DNA from: Desulfosoma sp.
GTDB taxonomy: Bacteria; Desulfobacterota; Syntrophobacteria; Syntrophobacterales; DSM-9756
Assembly: GCA_037481835.1 (NCBI GenBank)
Contig: JBBFKW010000009.1
Location: 32,001 to 96,000, forward strand
Direction of reading: 5' to 3'
DNA: 64,000 nt
Shown: piece after piece, positions 39,491 to 49,396 of the stretch
Layout of the letters: each line of letters begins with the position of its first letter
Numbering within the stretch: position 1 is the stretch's first letter
Position numbers and translations under genes: made by a program
Notes under the pieces: model-generated
Told to the model about the DNA's origin: nothing
Databases searched by the model: none
The model's input: the letters and a program-made list of their open reading frames with translations, nothing else

Positions 39491-40366
39491 TCAGTTCTTT
39501 CCGGGCCGGACCCACGTGCCCGTGTCTTTGTAAGCCCGGGTCACGGCCTTCAGCTGATCGCGCCGTTCCATGAAAAGGTCCTTCATGGACCGGAGCCACT
39601 CCAGATGGGCGACGGCGTCTTCGCGAGTGAGGAAGAGGGGATGTTCGCCCCGGACCGTCTCCACCCCGAAAGAAGACCCGTCCCAGCGCACCACACCCTC
39701 GCTGCTGCACGTCATGCAGCGCACCCGTGCCTCGCCGGCGGCCGTGGAATCCGATGGCGGAAGGAATCGAAAGGTGTCCCCGCCGCACAACGGACATCGC
39801 GGCATTCCGGGGTCGGGCGGCTCAGGACCGTGCTCAAGCGCATGGGCCAATTTTCGGGCGGCGGCCGGCCCCTCTTCACCCAACAGGACTTCTCCGGGAA
39901 GGGCCCCGTACACCACGTGGGATCCTCGATGGTCGGCCAGGATGAGCTTGAGGAAGCTATCCACCATAAGCTTGGTGTAGCCTTCGAGCCCCGTTACTCC
40001 GGCGATGGCCACCCCGACGGCGGGTTTTCCCCAGAGGGCGTCGATGTGAGCGTAAAAACTCAAGCCGCGATCCAAGAGGCGCTTCAGACTGGCGTTGGCC
40101 CCGAGAAAATAGGTGGGGGCGGCCACCACCACGGCGTCAGCCCGAAGCAGAGCCTCCAGGACAAGGCCCAAGTCATCCTCCTGGACGCAGCGCATGGGCC
40201 CGAAAAGGCATTGGTAGCAGGCCAGGCACGGCCGAATGTCCAGTTCGGGAAGCCTGACGAGCCGCAAATCCCACGAACCTTTCAGGCATCGGTGGATTTC
40301 CTTGATGAAGATCTCACTGTTTCCGAATTTCCTCGGGGACGCCACCACTCCCAACAGCGTTTTCAT
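39491..40366 (-). CDS. Flavodoxin-fold iron-sulfur flavoprotein-like protein with C-terminal Zn-ribbon
   Basis: ASPRKFGNSE, PCLACYQC...C, APTYF; C-terminal CPLC...CMTC. Confidence 0.85.
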   Translation of the reverse strand: MKTLLGVVASPRKFGNSEIFIKEIHRCLKGSWDLRLVRLPELDIRPCLACYQCLFGPMRCVQEDDLGLVLEALLRADAVVVAAPTYFLGANASLKRLLDRGLSFYAHIDALWGKPAVGVAIAGVTGLEGYTKLMVDSFLKLILADHRGSHVVYGALPGEVLLGEEGPAAARKLAHALEHGPEPPDPGMPRCPLCGGDTFRFLPPSDSTAAGEARVRCMTCSSEGVVRWDGSSFGVETVRGEHPLFLTREDAVAHLEWLRSMKDLFMERRDQLKAVTRAYKDTGTWVRPGKN

Positions 40367-40686
40367 AGAAGGACGCTCCTTTCTCTCGCACGCCCGATCC
40401 TGCACGGGGCTCCATCGTGTAAAACCTTCGTCCCATCGGGTTTTCACCATAGCGGGAACGCGGCGCGGAGGCAAACGAAGATCACGGCCCCGAGCCCTCG
40501 GGATTGTTGAATGAACGGATTCGGCCCGTTAAGGTTGAAGAAAATAGCGCCTTGGCGGCTTGGCGCGAGGTAAAAGAGGTCTCGCGCAAAGGCGCAAAGA
40601 AAGCATCGTGATCGGAAACGGTAGCGCAGGGCGACCATGATCGTTAAGATGAGACGCTATCCCTGCAACGCCAAGGAGTGGAAGGC

Positions 40687-42015
40687 ATGGTGGAAAAAGT
40701 GATCATCATGGGCGCCGCCGGTCGGGATTTCCACAATTTCAACATCTATTTCCGGAACAATCCCCGCTACCGGGTCGTGGCCTTCACCGCCGCCCAAATC
40801 CCGGACATCGAAGGGCGGCGCTACCCGCCCGAACTGGCGGGACCCGGCTACCCGGAAGGCATTCCCATCTATCCCGAGGCGGCTTTGGCGGCGCTCATCC
40901 GCGAGCATCGCATCGACCTCGTAGCCTTTTCCTACAGCGACGTCCCCCACGTGGATGTCATGCACAAGGCTTCCCTCGTGATGGCCGAAGGGGCCGATTT
41001 CATCCTCATCGGGGCCACTTACACGATGTTGCGCGCCTCCAAGCCCGTCATCGCCGTGTGCGCCGTGCGCACCGGGTGCGGCAAGTCCCAAACCACGCGC
41101 AAGGTATGCGAAATCCTTCGATCCCGAAACGTGCGCGTGGTGGCTGTCCGCCACCCCATGCCCTACGGCGATCTTCGGTCCCAGGTCGTGCAGCGGTTCG
41201 CCCGTTACGAGGATTTCGACCGGTTCCGGTGCACCATCGAAGAACGCGAAGAATACGAGCCCCTCGTGGAACAGGGCATCACGGTCTACGCCGGGGTGGA
41301 TTACGAAAAGATCCTTGGGGAGGCGGAAAGGGAAGCGGACGTCATCGTCTGGGACGGCGGGAACAACGACACGCCCTTTTACTTTCCCGACGTCCACATT
41401 GTTGTGCTGGATCCCCACCGGCCCGGCCATGAGCGACTCTATTATCCCGGGGAGACGAACCTTCGCATGGCCCACATCGCCATCATCAACAAGGTGGACA
41501 CGGCGCCCGCCGAAGGGATCCAGGTGGTGCGGCGAAACATCCAGGAGACGGCCCCGACGGCGGACATCCTCATGGCCGAATCGCCCGTGATCGTCACGGA
41601 CCCCGAAAAGATCCGAAACAAGCGTATCGCCGTCGTGGAAGACGGGCCTACGCTCACGCACGGGGAAATGCCGACAGGGGCGGGAATGATCGCGGCGAAA
41701 AAATTCGGGGCCACCGTCGTGGATCCCAAACCCTTCGCCCGAGGAAGCCTCAGGGAAACTTACGCCCGCTACCCGCACATCGGGCCGGTGGTGCCGGCCA
41801 TGGGCTACAGCCCCCGCCAGATCGCCGACCTGGAAGAGACCCTGAACGCCGTGCCGTGCGATTTGGTGCTTTTCGCCACGCCCATTCAGCTCACCCGCAT
41901 CGTGTCCCTGAAACATCCCACGGTGCGCGTGCGCTACGAATACCGCGACCACGGCGAACCGACCCTGGAGGACGCCCTCAAGCGGCGCCTCCCCCACGTG
42001 TTCGCAAGGAAGTGA
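40687..42015 (+). CDS. arcE: Arginine synthetase-like P-loop NTPase (often annotated cDPG synthase-like/GTPase)
   Basis: IIMGAAGRDFHNFN, FTAAQIP, AVRTGCGKSQ (P-loop), RHPMPYG, EEREEYEP, WDGGNND, EDGPTLTHG; lies directly upstream of carbamate kinase. Confidence 0.78.
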   Translation: MVEKVIIMGAAGRDFHNFNIYFRNNPRYRVVAFTAAQIPDIEGRRYPPELAGPGYPEGIPIYPEAALAALIREHRIDLVAFSYSDVPHVDVMHKASLVMAEGADFILIGATYTMLRASKPVIAVCAVRTGCGKSQTTRKVCEILRSRNVRVVAVRHPMPYGDLRSQVVQRFARYEDFDRFRCTIEEREEYEPLVEQGITVYAGVDYEKILGEAEREADVIVWDGGNNDTPFYFPDVHIVVLDPHRPGHERLYYPGETNLRMAHIAIINKVDTAPAEGIQVVRRNIQETAPTADILMAESPVIVTDPEKIRNKRIAVVEDGPTLTHGEMPTGAGMIAAKKFGATVVDPKPFARGSLRETYARYPHIGPVVPAMGYSPRQIADLEETLNAVPCDLVLFATPIQLTRIVSLKHPTVRVRYEYRDHGEPTLEDALKRRLPHVFARK

Positions 42016-42083
42016 GCCGAAGCGCTGGTTGCGTCGGCGCAGTTTTTCCCGAGGAAAAACAAACACCGCCGCCGGGAGGGACC

Positions 42084-43025
42084 ATGCCCCCTGTATCCCC
42101 TCCAAAACCCGTTCTTCTCGTCGCCTTGGGCGGCAACGCTCTGATCCGAAAGGGCCAAAAAGGCACCATTCAAGAGCAATTCGAGAATTTAAGGGTGCCC
42201 ATGCGCCAAATCGCCAGTCTTACGGAATCCTTTCGGATCGTCATCACCCACGGCAACGGTCCCCAGGTGGGGAACCTCATGCTCCAGCAGGAATGCTGTC
42301 CCGAAGTGCCGCGTCTGCCTCTGGAAATCCTGGTGGCCCAGACCCAAGGACAAATCGGTTACATGATCGAATCCACCCTGGACAGCGAACTCATGGCCCT
42401 TGGGATCGTCACGCAAAAATGCCTGGTGAGCCTCATCAGCTACGTGGTCGTGGATCCCAAAGACCCCGCGTTTGCCGATCCCTCCAAGCCCGTGGGGCCC
42501 GTTTACCCGGAAGAGGCGGTGGCGTCCCTGCCGTTTCCCGTGAAAAAAACGGCCAAGGGATACCGCAGGGTGGTGGCGTCCCCCAAGCCGGTGACCATCG
42601 TGGAACAGCGCGAAATTCGTAAACTCATCGCCATGGATTTCATTGTCATCTGTTGCGGCGGCGGGGGTATTCCCGTGATGCGGGAAGGACGGGGATTTTG
42701 CGGCGTGGACGCCGTCATCGACAAGGACCTGGCCAGCGCCAAACTGGCCCGCCGGGTGGGGGTCGACATCTTTGCCATCGTCACGGACGTCCCCGGCGTG
42801 TTCCTGGACTACGGAACGCCTGGACAGCGCCTCATGAGGCACCTTGGCGTCGACGACGCCGAAGCCTACCTGGCTCAAGGCCAATTCCCCGAAGGATCCA
42901 TGGGCCCCAAGGTGGAAGCCGCCGTAGAATTCGTCCGCGCCACCGGGAAACGTGCCGCCATCGGCTCCATCGACGATATCACCGGAACCGTGGCCGGCAC
43001 TTCCGGCACTCAAATCACCCCCTAG
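42084..43025 (+). CDS. arcC: Carbamate kinase
   Basis: VALGGNAL, THGNGPQVG, PSKPVGP, RRVVASPKP, CGGGGIPV, AVIDKD, GSMGPKV. Confidence 0.96.
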   Translation: MPPVSPPKPVLLVALGGNALIRKGQKGTIQEQFENLRVPMRQIASLTESFRIVITHGNGPQVGNLMLQQECCPEVPRLPLEILVAQTQGQIGYMIESTLDSELMALGIVTQKCLVSLISYVVVDPKDPAFADPSKPVGPVYPEEAVASLPFPVKKTAKGYRRVVASPKPVTIVEQREIRKLIAMDFIVICCGGGGIPVMREGRGFCGVDAVIDKDLASAKLARRVGVDIFAIVTDVPGVFLDYGTPGQRLMRHLGVDDAEAYLAQGQFPEGSMGPKVEAAVEFVRATGKRAAIGSIDDITGTVAGTSGTQITP

Positions 43026-43034
43026 TTCCCTCCT

Positions 43035-44153
43035 TTACGAAAAAGCCCCCGCTTCTTCCCGGCGCCGCAGGCCCCTTTCCACCGTGACGACGAAATCCTG
43101 GACGTTGGTCAGGATGGACCGGGCGGTGAGCGAGCCCCGATTGGCAAGTTTCTGCACGGCAAATTCGGACATGTCCACGGTGTAGAAAAAGACCGGCCGC
43201 ACCGTGCCGTCTTCCAGCACCCGGTAGGACGGAGCCATGTTGCCCGCGGCGATGGCATGGAGCTGGGTGGCCATGGCGACGATGGTCGTCGCGCGCCGCA
43301 CCACGGCCCTCATGCGATCCTGGGCTTCATAGACGTCAGGGACCACTTCCGGAAGGGGACCGTCGTCCCGAATGGAGCCCGCAAGCACCACGGGGATGCC
43401 GCGCCGCAAGGCCGCATGCATGATCCCGTCCGCGACCACCCCCGACGCCACGGCAGCTTCGAGGGATCCCAAGGCGCGGATCCGGTTGATGGCGTCCAAG
43501 TGATGGTAATGGCCCAAGGGCGCCAAGCGTTTGGAATAGATTTCCTGGCCCAGGGCGGTTCCATACAGAGCCGCTTCCACATCGTGTACGGCCAAGGCGT
43601 TGCCGGCAAGAAGCCCATGGACGTAGCCTCGATGGATAAGGGCGCAGAAGGCGTCCCGAGCGTCCCGGTCGAACACCAGGGCAGGCCCCAGGACCCACAC
43701 GATGAACCCATGGTTCCGCTCGTGGTTCAAGAGGTCATAGAACTCGTCATAGTCGATGGAAAAGGACGTCTCCCGAGTGAGCCGGGTTCGGAACGCGAAT
43801 TTGTCCCCCCGGGGCTCCTCTTCGGCGAAGGCCTCGGCGTGCACGTAAATGCCGTCTTCACCGTTTTCCCTTCGGCCAAGGGCCACCCGGTCTCCCACCT
43901 GCAACCGCCGAAATTCCACGACTTCCAATGGGCCATGGGATCGGCGCACGACGACACAGTCCATGCGGGATTCCCGAAGAAGCTCCCACCGGCCGGACTC
44001 CACGTGGAAATACTCGGGAAAGATGGATGTGGCATGGTAGCCTTCCGGGGCCACACCCGCGCGTTCCACTTCCGCGAAACGCACCAGAGGGGCGTCCTTG
44101 AGAGGCGGGCTGGAAAAATTCGGAGCCGTATAGCCGGGAAACCAAAACGCCAT
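43035..44153 (-). CDS. Ornithine cyclodeaminase of the ArgZ/AgrE C-terminal (LOR/SDH conserved-domain) type
   Basis: WVLGPA, LLAGNALAVHDVE...GTALG, GHYHHLDAIN, VLAGSIRDDGPLP, LHAIAAGNM, KLANRGS; GGAGG RBS. Confidence 0.8.
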   Translation of the reverse strand: MAFWFPGYTAPNFSSPPLKDAPLVRFAEVERAGVAPEGYHATSIFPEYFHVESGRWELLRESRMDCVVVRRSHGPLEVVEFRRLQVGDRVALGRRENGEDGIYVHAEAFAEEEPRGDKFAFRTRLTRETSFSIDYDEFYDLLNHERNHGFIVWVLGPALVFDRDARDAFCALIHRGYVHGLLAGNALAVHDVEAALYGTALGQEIYSKRLAPLGHYHHLDAINRIRALGSLEAAVASGVVADGIMHAALRRGIPVVLAGSIRDDGPLPEVVPDVYEAQDRMRAVVRRATTIVAMATQLHAIAAGNMAPSYRVLEDGTVRPVFFYTVDMSEFAVQKLANRGSLTARSILTNVQDFVVTVERGLRRREEAGAFS

Positions 44154-44337
44154 GGCATCCTCCCTTTCCCCACCCGAAGGGCGCCGTAAAAATCCGAAAA
44201 CGGCCGTCGGACACAGTGGGTCCGACCAGGGCCTCCTGTGCGGCCCCCTTCCGGCAGGCTTGACAAGTTTTCGGCTGGACTATAGAAACTGTGCATTCTG
44301 TGCATTGTCAAAACCGATGAAAAACGGAGCGGGAATC

Positions 44338-45285
44338 ATGGACATCCGCCGCCTGGAAGTTTTCTGCAAGGTTGTGGAAATGGGAAGCTTCACCAAAGCC
44401 GCCGAAGCGGTTTTGCTGTCGCAGCCGACCATCAGCGAGCACATCAAGACGCTGGAAGACATGGTCGGCGAGCGGCTCGTGGACCGGCTCGGCCGGGAAG
44501 CTTTGCCCACGCCCGCCGGAAAGATTCTTTACCGATACGCCAAAAAGATCATCCAGATCAAGGACGAAGCCGTCCAGGCCATGGCGGCCTATCGGGGCGA
44601 CCTGACGGGGGCGTTGCAATTGGGGGCGAGCACCATTCCAGGAACTTACATTTTGCCCCGCCTCATCGGCCTCTTCAAGCAGCGGCATCCTGAAGTGCAG
44701 ATCAGCATTCACATCGCCGGGACCAAGGAGATTGCCGAAGCCGTGGCCGACGGCCACCATGAACTGGGCCTTGTGGGGTCGCAGTGGAAGGATCGGCGTT
44801 TGAGCTTCGAGCGGATCTTTTCCGACGAACTGGTCCTGGCCGTGCCCAAAGACCACCCATGGACGCGGCAAAGCCCCATCGCCTTGGAGCAACTGGGCGA
44901 AGAGCCCTTCATCGCCCGGCACCGGGGATCGGGCACCCGCATGGTGACTTACGAAATCCTGGAAAACGCCGGTTTTGACCCGGCACGCCTCAGGGTCGTC
45001 GCCGAAATGGGCACCACGGAAGCCGTTCGGCAAAGCATCAAGGCAGGAATCGGCGTCTCCATCCTGTCGCGACAGGCGGTGGCCGAGGATGTGGCCTACG
45101 GCGCTCTGGCCGTGGTCCCCATCCAGGGGGTGGTCTTCCGGCGCCCCTTTTATCTGGTCAAACGCAAGGGACGAGAAGCCTCCCCGGTATGCGCGGCCTT
45201 TGAAGAACACTTGAGAACCCATAACCACGAGGCTGATTTTTCGCCCGAGCCTTTTTTGGCGATTGAGGCTTCCTATCATTCGTAA
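44338..45285 (+). CDS. LysR family regulator (selenium metabolism-associated, CysL-like)
   Basis: GSFTKAAEAVLLSQPTISEHIKTLE HTH; GASTIPGTYILP; GSGTR. TTGACA at 44260 upstream. Confidence 0.93.
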   Translation: MDIRRLEVFCKVVEMGSFTKAAEAVLLSQPTISEHIKTLEDMVGERLVDRLGREALPTPAGKILYRYAKKIIQIKDEAVQAMAAYRGDLTGALQLGASTIPGTYILPRLIGLFKQRHPEVQISIHIAGTKEIAEAVADGHHELGLVGSQWKDRRLSFERIFSDELVLAVPKDHPWTRQSPIALEQLGEEPFIARHRGSGTRMVTYEILENAGFDPARLRVVAEMGTTEAVRQSIKAGIGVSILSRQAVAEDVAYGALAVVPIQGVVFRRPFYLVKRKGREASPVCAAFEEHLRTHNHEADFSPEPFLAIEASYHS

Positions 45286-45492
45286 GTCCTTTCATTTTTC
45301 TTTCCTATTTGTTTTTCCCCTGCGGTTTTCCTTAACTGTGCGCGGGGCCCGGCTCCGGCGGCCCTCGTGGAAAAACCTTCGAATCCCTGAGGGGGGTTTT
45401 CCCAAAAAGGTGGAGCGGTGGAGCGCAGGGACCCGGGCTTAAGGGTTTCTGAGCCCGGGAGCCGATTGACGAGGCAAGAGGAGGGAGCGTTG

Positions 45493-46584
45493 ATGCCTAT
45501 GAAGAATGTGTTTGCGTCGAGGTGGGGCATTGTTGTGGTGGGGGCGGTCATCGGCATTCTCGCCCCGGTGCTTCAAAAACTGGGCAATCCGGGCAACATG
45601 GGCATCTGTGTGGCCTGCATGGAACGGGACATGGCGGGCGCCCTGGGATTGCACCGCGCCGAAGTCGTCCAGTACATGCGGCCGGAAATCATCGGCTTTG
45701 TCCTGGGATCCCTCATCGCCGCTTACCTTTTCAAGGAATTTCGGCCACGCGTGGGATCCGCCCCCATCGTCCGGTTTATCCTCGGCGTCTTTGCCATGAT
45801 CGGCGCTCTGGTCTTCTTGGGCTGTCCGTGGCGGGCCATGTTGCGCCTTGCGGGAGGCGACGGAAACGCCATCCTGGGCCTTGCGGGTTTGGCTTTCGGC
45901 GTTTGGATCGGCACCCTTTTTCTCAAAAACGGCTACACCCTGGGAAGGACTCAGTCCACCTACGCCTCCGTGGGCTGGATCCTTCCCTTGATCATGCTGG
46001 GATTTTTGGCCCTGCTTTTCGTCTTTCCCCAAGTTCCGGGTGAACCCAAAAGTGGTGTCTTGTTTTACAGTGTCAAAGGCCCTGGGGCCATGCACGCGCC
46101 CGTGGCGCTCTCCCTCGCCGTGGGACTCCTCGTGGGCTTTCTCGCGCAAAGAAGCCGGTTTTGCACCATGGGAGCCCTTCGAGACCTCATCCTTTTCCGG
46201 CATACCCATCTTTTCAGCGGCTTTGTGAGCCTCATCGTCTTCGCCTTCATCACCAACCTTGTCCTGGGCCAATTCAAGGCGGGCTTTGAGGGGCAGCCCG
46301 TAGCCCACACGCAGCATCTGTGGAATTTTCTCGGCATGGCCCTGGCCGGTTTGGCCTTCGCCTTGGCGGGCGGTTGTCCCGGCCGGCAGCTCTTTCTCGC
46401 CGGCGAAGGGGACGGCGATGCGGCCGTGTTTGTTTTGGGCATGATCGTCGGCGCCGCATTTTCCCACAACTTCGGCCTCGCCAGTTCCCCCCAGGGCATC
46501 GGCCCCCATGGGATCGCAGGCTTGGTCGTCGGCTTTGCCGTGTGTCTTTTTATCGGCTTGACCATGCGAAAAAAGGCGGCATAA
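45493..46584 (+). CDS. yedE: YedE family putative selenium/sulfur transporter
   Basis: GNPGNMGICVACMERD, YMRPEI, FLGCP, RSRFCTMG, GGCPGRQ; multi-TM. Confidence 0.92.
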   Translation: MPMKNVFASRWGIVVVGAVIGILAPVLQKLGNPGNMGICVACMERDMAGALGLHRAEVVQYMRPEIIGFVLGSLIAAYLFKEFRPRVGSAPIVRFILGVFAMIGALVFLGCPWRAMLRLAGGDGNAILGLAGLAFGVWIGTLFLKNGYTLGRTQSTYASVGWILPLIMLGFLALLFVFPQVPGEPKSGVLFYSVKGPGAMHAPVALSLAVGLLVGFLAQRSRFCTMGALRDLILFRHTHLFSGFVSLIVFAFITNLVLGQFKAGFEGQPVAHTQHLWNFLGMALAGLAFALAGGCPGRQLFLAGEGDGDAAVFVLGMIVGAAFSHNFGLASSPQGIGPHGIAGLVVGFAVCLFIGLTMRKKAA

Positions 46585-46595
46585 GGAGGATCACG

Positions 46596-46814
46596 ATGGC
46601 TACGACTGTGGACGCCCGAGGATTTTCATGCCCTCAACCCGTACTCATGACTTTGGAGGCCATTAAGAAAGGATCGCCCCAGGATCTCGTCGTTTTGGTG
46701 GATACGGACACGTCCAAGGAAAACGTCATGCGCGCGGCCCAGAGCCAAGGCTACACCGTCCGAGACGTGGCGCCCGAAGGGGAAGGCTACCGCATACACA
46801 TTGTCAAGGGTTGA
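46596..46814 (+). CDS. TusA/SirA family sulfur/selenium carrier
   Basis: VDARGFSCPQPV; AAGGAGG RBS. Confidence 0.92.
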   Translation: MATTVDARGFSCPQPVLMTLEAIKKGSPQDLVVLVDTDTSKENVMRAAQSQGYTVRDVAPEGEGYRIHIVKG

Positions 46815-47374
46815 TGTCGTCCATGCTTCGGTTCTTGAAAAAACTTGCGCCCCGAAAGGACGCCGCTCCTTCGCCGGCTCCCGATCGGGGCATACTCGTC
46901 TTCGAAAACACGAGTGACGTCATCCAGGCCGAAAAGCGGCTCAAGGCCCACGGATTTCCCATCGCCGTCAAGGGGCCGCCGCCTGAAATCCAAAAGGGAT
47001 GCGATCTCGTCATCGAATTCCCCCTCATGGAAAAACTCTCCATCGAACGCCACCTGGAGGCTGCCGGGCTGCACCCGCTGGCCGTGGTGCCGGTGACGGC
47101 CCCGCTCCTTGAGCCCGTCAGCCTCTTTTACGCGAAGGACTTCGGATCGTATCTCATGGTCCGGGCCGCGAACATGAAGATCACGGTGAACAAGGAATCT
47201 TTGCGCATCGTGAACATTTCGGGAGGGGGCTGTCCCGACGTGCCCTATCTCGCCGACCGCCTAGTCGGAAAAACCCTCAACGAGGCCCCGCAACCCAAAG
47301 AGATCGGCCATACGCTGTGCGGGTACGCTCTGCAACTGGCCTACGAGGAGCTGTGCCGTCGATGCTTGCCGTAA
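46814..47374 (+). CDS. DUF3343-like protein with C-terminal extension
   Basis: LVFENTSDVIQAEKRLK...PPEIQKGCDL; SGGGCPDVP, LCG; TGATG coupling. Confidence 0.75.
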   Translation: MSSMLRFLKKLAPRKDAAPSPAPDRGILVFENTSDVIQAEKRLKAHGFPIAVKGPPPEIQKGCDLVIEFPLMEKLSIERHLEAAGLHPLAVVPVTAPLLEPVSLFYAKDFGSYLMVRAANMKITVNKESLRIVNISGGGCPDVPYLADRLVGKTLNEAPQPKEIGHTLCGYALQLAYEELCRRCLP

Positions 47375-48243
47375 TCGGAACGGTCCCCGACCCCTCTCTG
47401 CCTCTGACCACCGGGACGGCTCAGCTCAAGGATGGCAGGCTTCACACGGCCGGCGTGAGCATTCCCATCACTCGAGGCACACCCGCTCTGGCGGCCGCGG
47501 CCGTCGCGGTTGCGGAAAGGCTTTCCCGCACCGAGGTGTTCGTCTTTCTCGTGGGAGACGTGGGTCGAGGGGGCGGCAGCCGGGTCTTGTACCAATTCCT
47601 TGCCGAGAATCTTCCCGGGTTTTCCTTCGACGTCATGGTTTTTCACTATCTGCAGCCGGACGTGGACTGGCACAACAAGGTGCTGTTCGCCGTGGAGGCC
47701 TTGCCACGACGGCCTTTGCTCATCGCCGATGCGGGCTTCATGTACGCCGCAAAGATGAGCGGCCAGGCTTCAGCCTACGACATCTTCACGCCCGATATCG
47801 GGGAAATGGCCTTTCTCGCCGATGAACGCGCCCCGCACCCTTTCTACACCCGGGGCTTCGTCCTGCACGACACCCGAAACGTGCCGGAGCTGGTGGCAAG
47901 AGCTTATGCCCATGAGGATGCGCCCCGCTGGCTCGTGGTCAAGGGAGAAACGGACCATATCGCCGAGGCGGGGCGGGTCGTGGCCACGGTTCGGGAACCC
48001 GTCTGGGAGGCCATGGAAGCCATCGGCGGTACCGGAGACACCTTGACGGGAATCCTCGGGGCTCTGTGCGCCTCGGGAAAAGATCCCCTTGACGCATGCC
48101 GAACAGCCGCCTTAACAAACCGATGGGTCGGCCGCCTTGCCCGTCCCACGCCGGCCACGCAGGTGGCGGAACTCATCCCCGCCATCCCCGATGCGCTGGA
48201 ACAGGTGCAGAATCCCGTCCTTGCGGAGGAAGCGGGTGGATAA
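47362..48243 (+). CDS. Ribokinase-fold carbohydrate kinase / NAD(P)HX-dehydratase-like protein
   Basis: IADAG, FTPDIGEM, VVKG, IGGTGDTLTG (anion hole); overlaps both neighbours. Confidence 0.8.
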   Translation: MLAVIGTVPDPSLPLTTGTAQLKDGRLHTAGVSIPITRGTPALAAAAVAVAERLSRTEVFVFLVGDVGRGGGSRVLYQFLAENLPGFSFDVMVFHYLQPDVDWHNKVLFAVEALPRRPLLIADAGFMYAAKMSGQASAYDIFTPDIGEMAFLADERAPHPFYTRGFVLHDTRNVPELVARAYAHEDAPRWLVVKGETDHIAEAGRVVATVREPVWEAMEAIGGTGDTLTGILGALCASGKDPLDACRTAALTNRWVGRLARPTPATQVAELIPAIPDALEQVQNPVLAEEAGG

Positions 48244-49288
48244 GAGCGACAAAATCCGACTGACGGAAACCGTCACAGGGGCCGGGTGAGCGTCCAAGCT
48301 GGCTCCGGGGGACCTGGACCGAGCCCTGTGCGGCATGCGTTTTCCCACGGACGAAAACGTCCTGGTGGGACTGGATCGAGCCGATGACGCGGGCGTCTAC
48401 AAGGTCAGCGACGATCTCGCGCTCATCCAAACGGTGGATTTCTTCACCCCCATCGTGGACGATCCCTACTGGTTCGGCCAGATCGCCGCAGCCAACGCCC
48501 TGAGCGACGTGTACGCCATGGGGGGCGTTCCCAAGACGGCCATGAACCTGGTGGCCTTCCCGGCCAAGGATTTGGGCTTGGACATTCTGCGGGCCCTGAT
48601 CCAAGGCGGCATCGACAAGCTCGCCGAAGCCCACGTCGCCCTCATCGGGGGGCACAGCATCGAAGACAAGGAATTGAAATACGGCCTTTCCGTCACGGGC
48701 TTCATCCATCCCAACCGCATCCTCACCAAGAAAACCCTCCAGGGCGGCGATCGCCTCATTCTCACCAAGCCCCTGGGAACCGGCATCATCAACACCGCCA
48801 TCAAGGCCCGCATGGCCTCGGAAGACCTCACCGAACGCGTCACCCGCCTCATGGCTACGCTGAACCGAACGGCCGCCCAAGTCATGGCCGACTTTCACGT
48901 CCATGCGTGCACAGACGTGACGGGCTTCGGCCTGCTGGGACATTTGGCCGAAATGGTGGACGGCTCGGGAAAGAGTGTGCGCCTGGCGGCCCATTGCGTT
49001 CCGGTTTTCCCGGAAGCCGTGGAACTCGCCTCCATGGGATTGATTCCCGCCGGAGCCTACAAGAACCGCGACTTCCGAAAGGACATGGTCGCTTTCGACC
49101 CCGATGTTCCCCTGGCCCTCCAAGACATCTTGTTTGACCCCCAAACCTCCGGGGGCCTCCTCATCAGCGTGGCGCCTTCCCACGCCGAAGCGCTCCTCGA
49201 CGCCCTGCGCAGCAAGGGTGTGGAAGCAAGCGCCATCATCGGTGAGGTCCTTGACGATCCCGCCCAACGCATCACCGTGGCGGCCTAA
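48236..49288 (+). CDS. selD: Selenide, water dikinase (selenophosphate synthetase) with selenocysteine at codon 18
   Basis: GGAGG RBS, GTG start: MDKSDKIRLTETVTGAG-UGA(48287-48289)-ASKLAPGDL, in frame with the 48335 ORF (DDAGVY, TVDFFTPIVDDPY, ANALSDVYAMGG, DPQTSGGLL). Confidence 0.96.
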
Positions 49289-49330
49289 CACGCGGCCCCG
49301 CGGCAGCGCTCTTGACTCCCGCCCTGAAAA

Positions 49331-49347
49331 ATGCAAATGAGTTGCAT
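49331..49347. promoter_or_regulatory. Zur box ATGCAA-N5-TTGCAT over the znuA promoter
   Basis: ATGCAAATGAGTTGCAT with perfect 6-bp arms, 13 bp downstream of TTGACT (49312-49317), upstream of an operon ending in a Fur-family gene. Confidence 0.8.
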
Positions 49348-49396
49348 GAAGCGAGCCCGTGGATTTCTCGGCGCGAAGTTCTTTATGGAGGGCAAG

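Noticed and set aside
40687..42015. Annotation as cyclic 2,3-diphosphoglycerate synthetase
   Set aside because: No 2-phosphoglycerate kinase nearby; carbamate kinase and ornithine cyclodeaminase context favours arginine metabolism.
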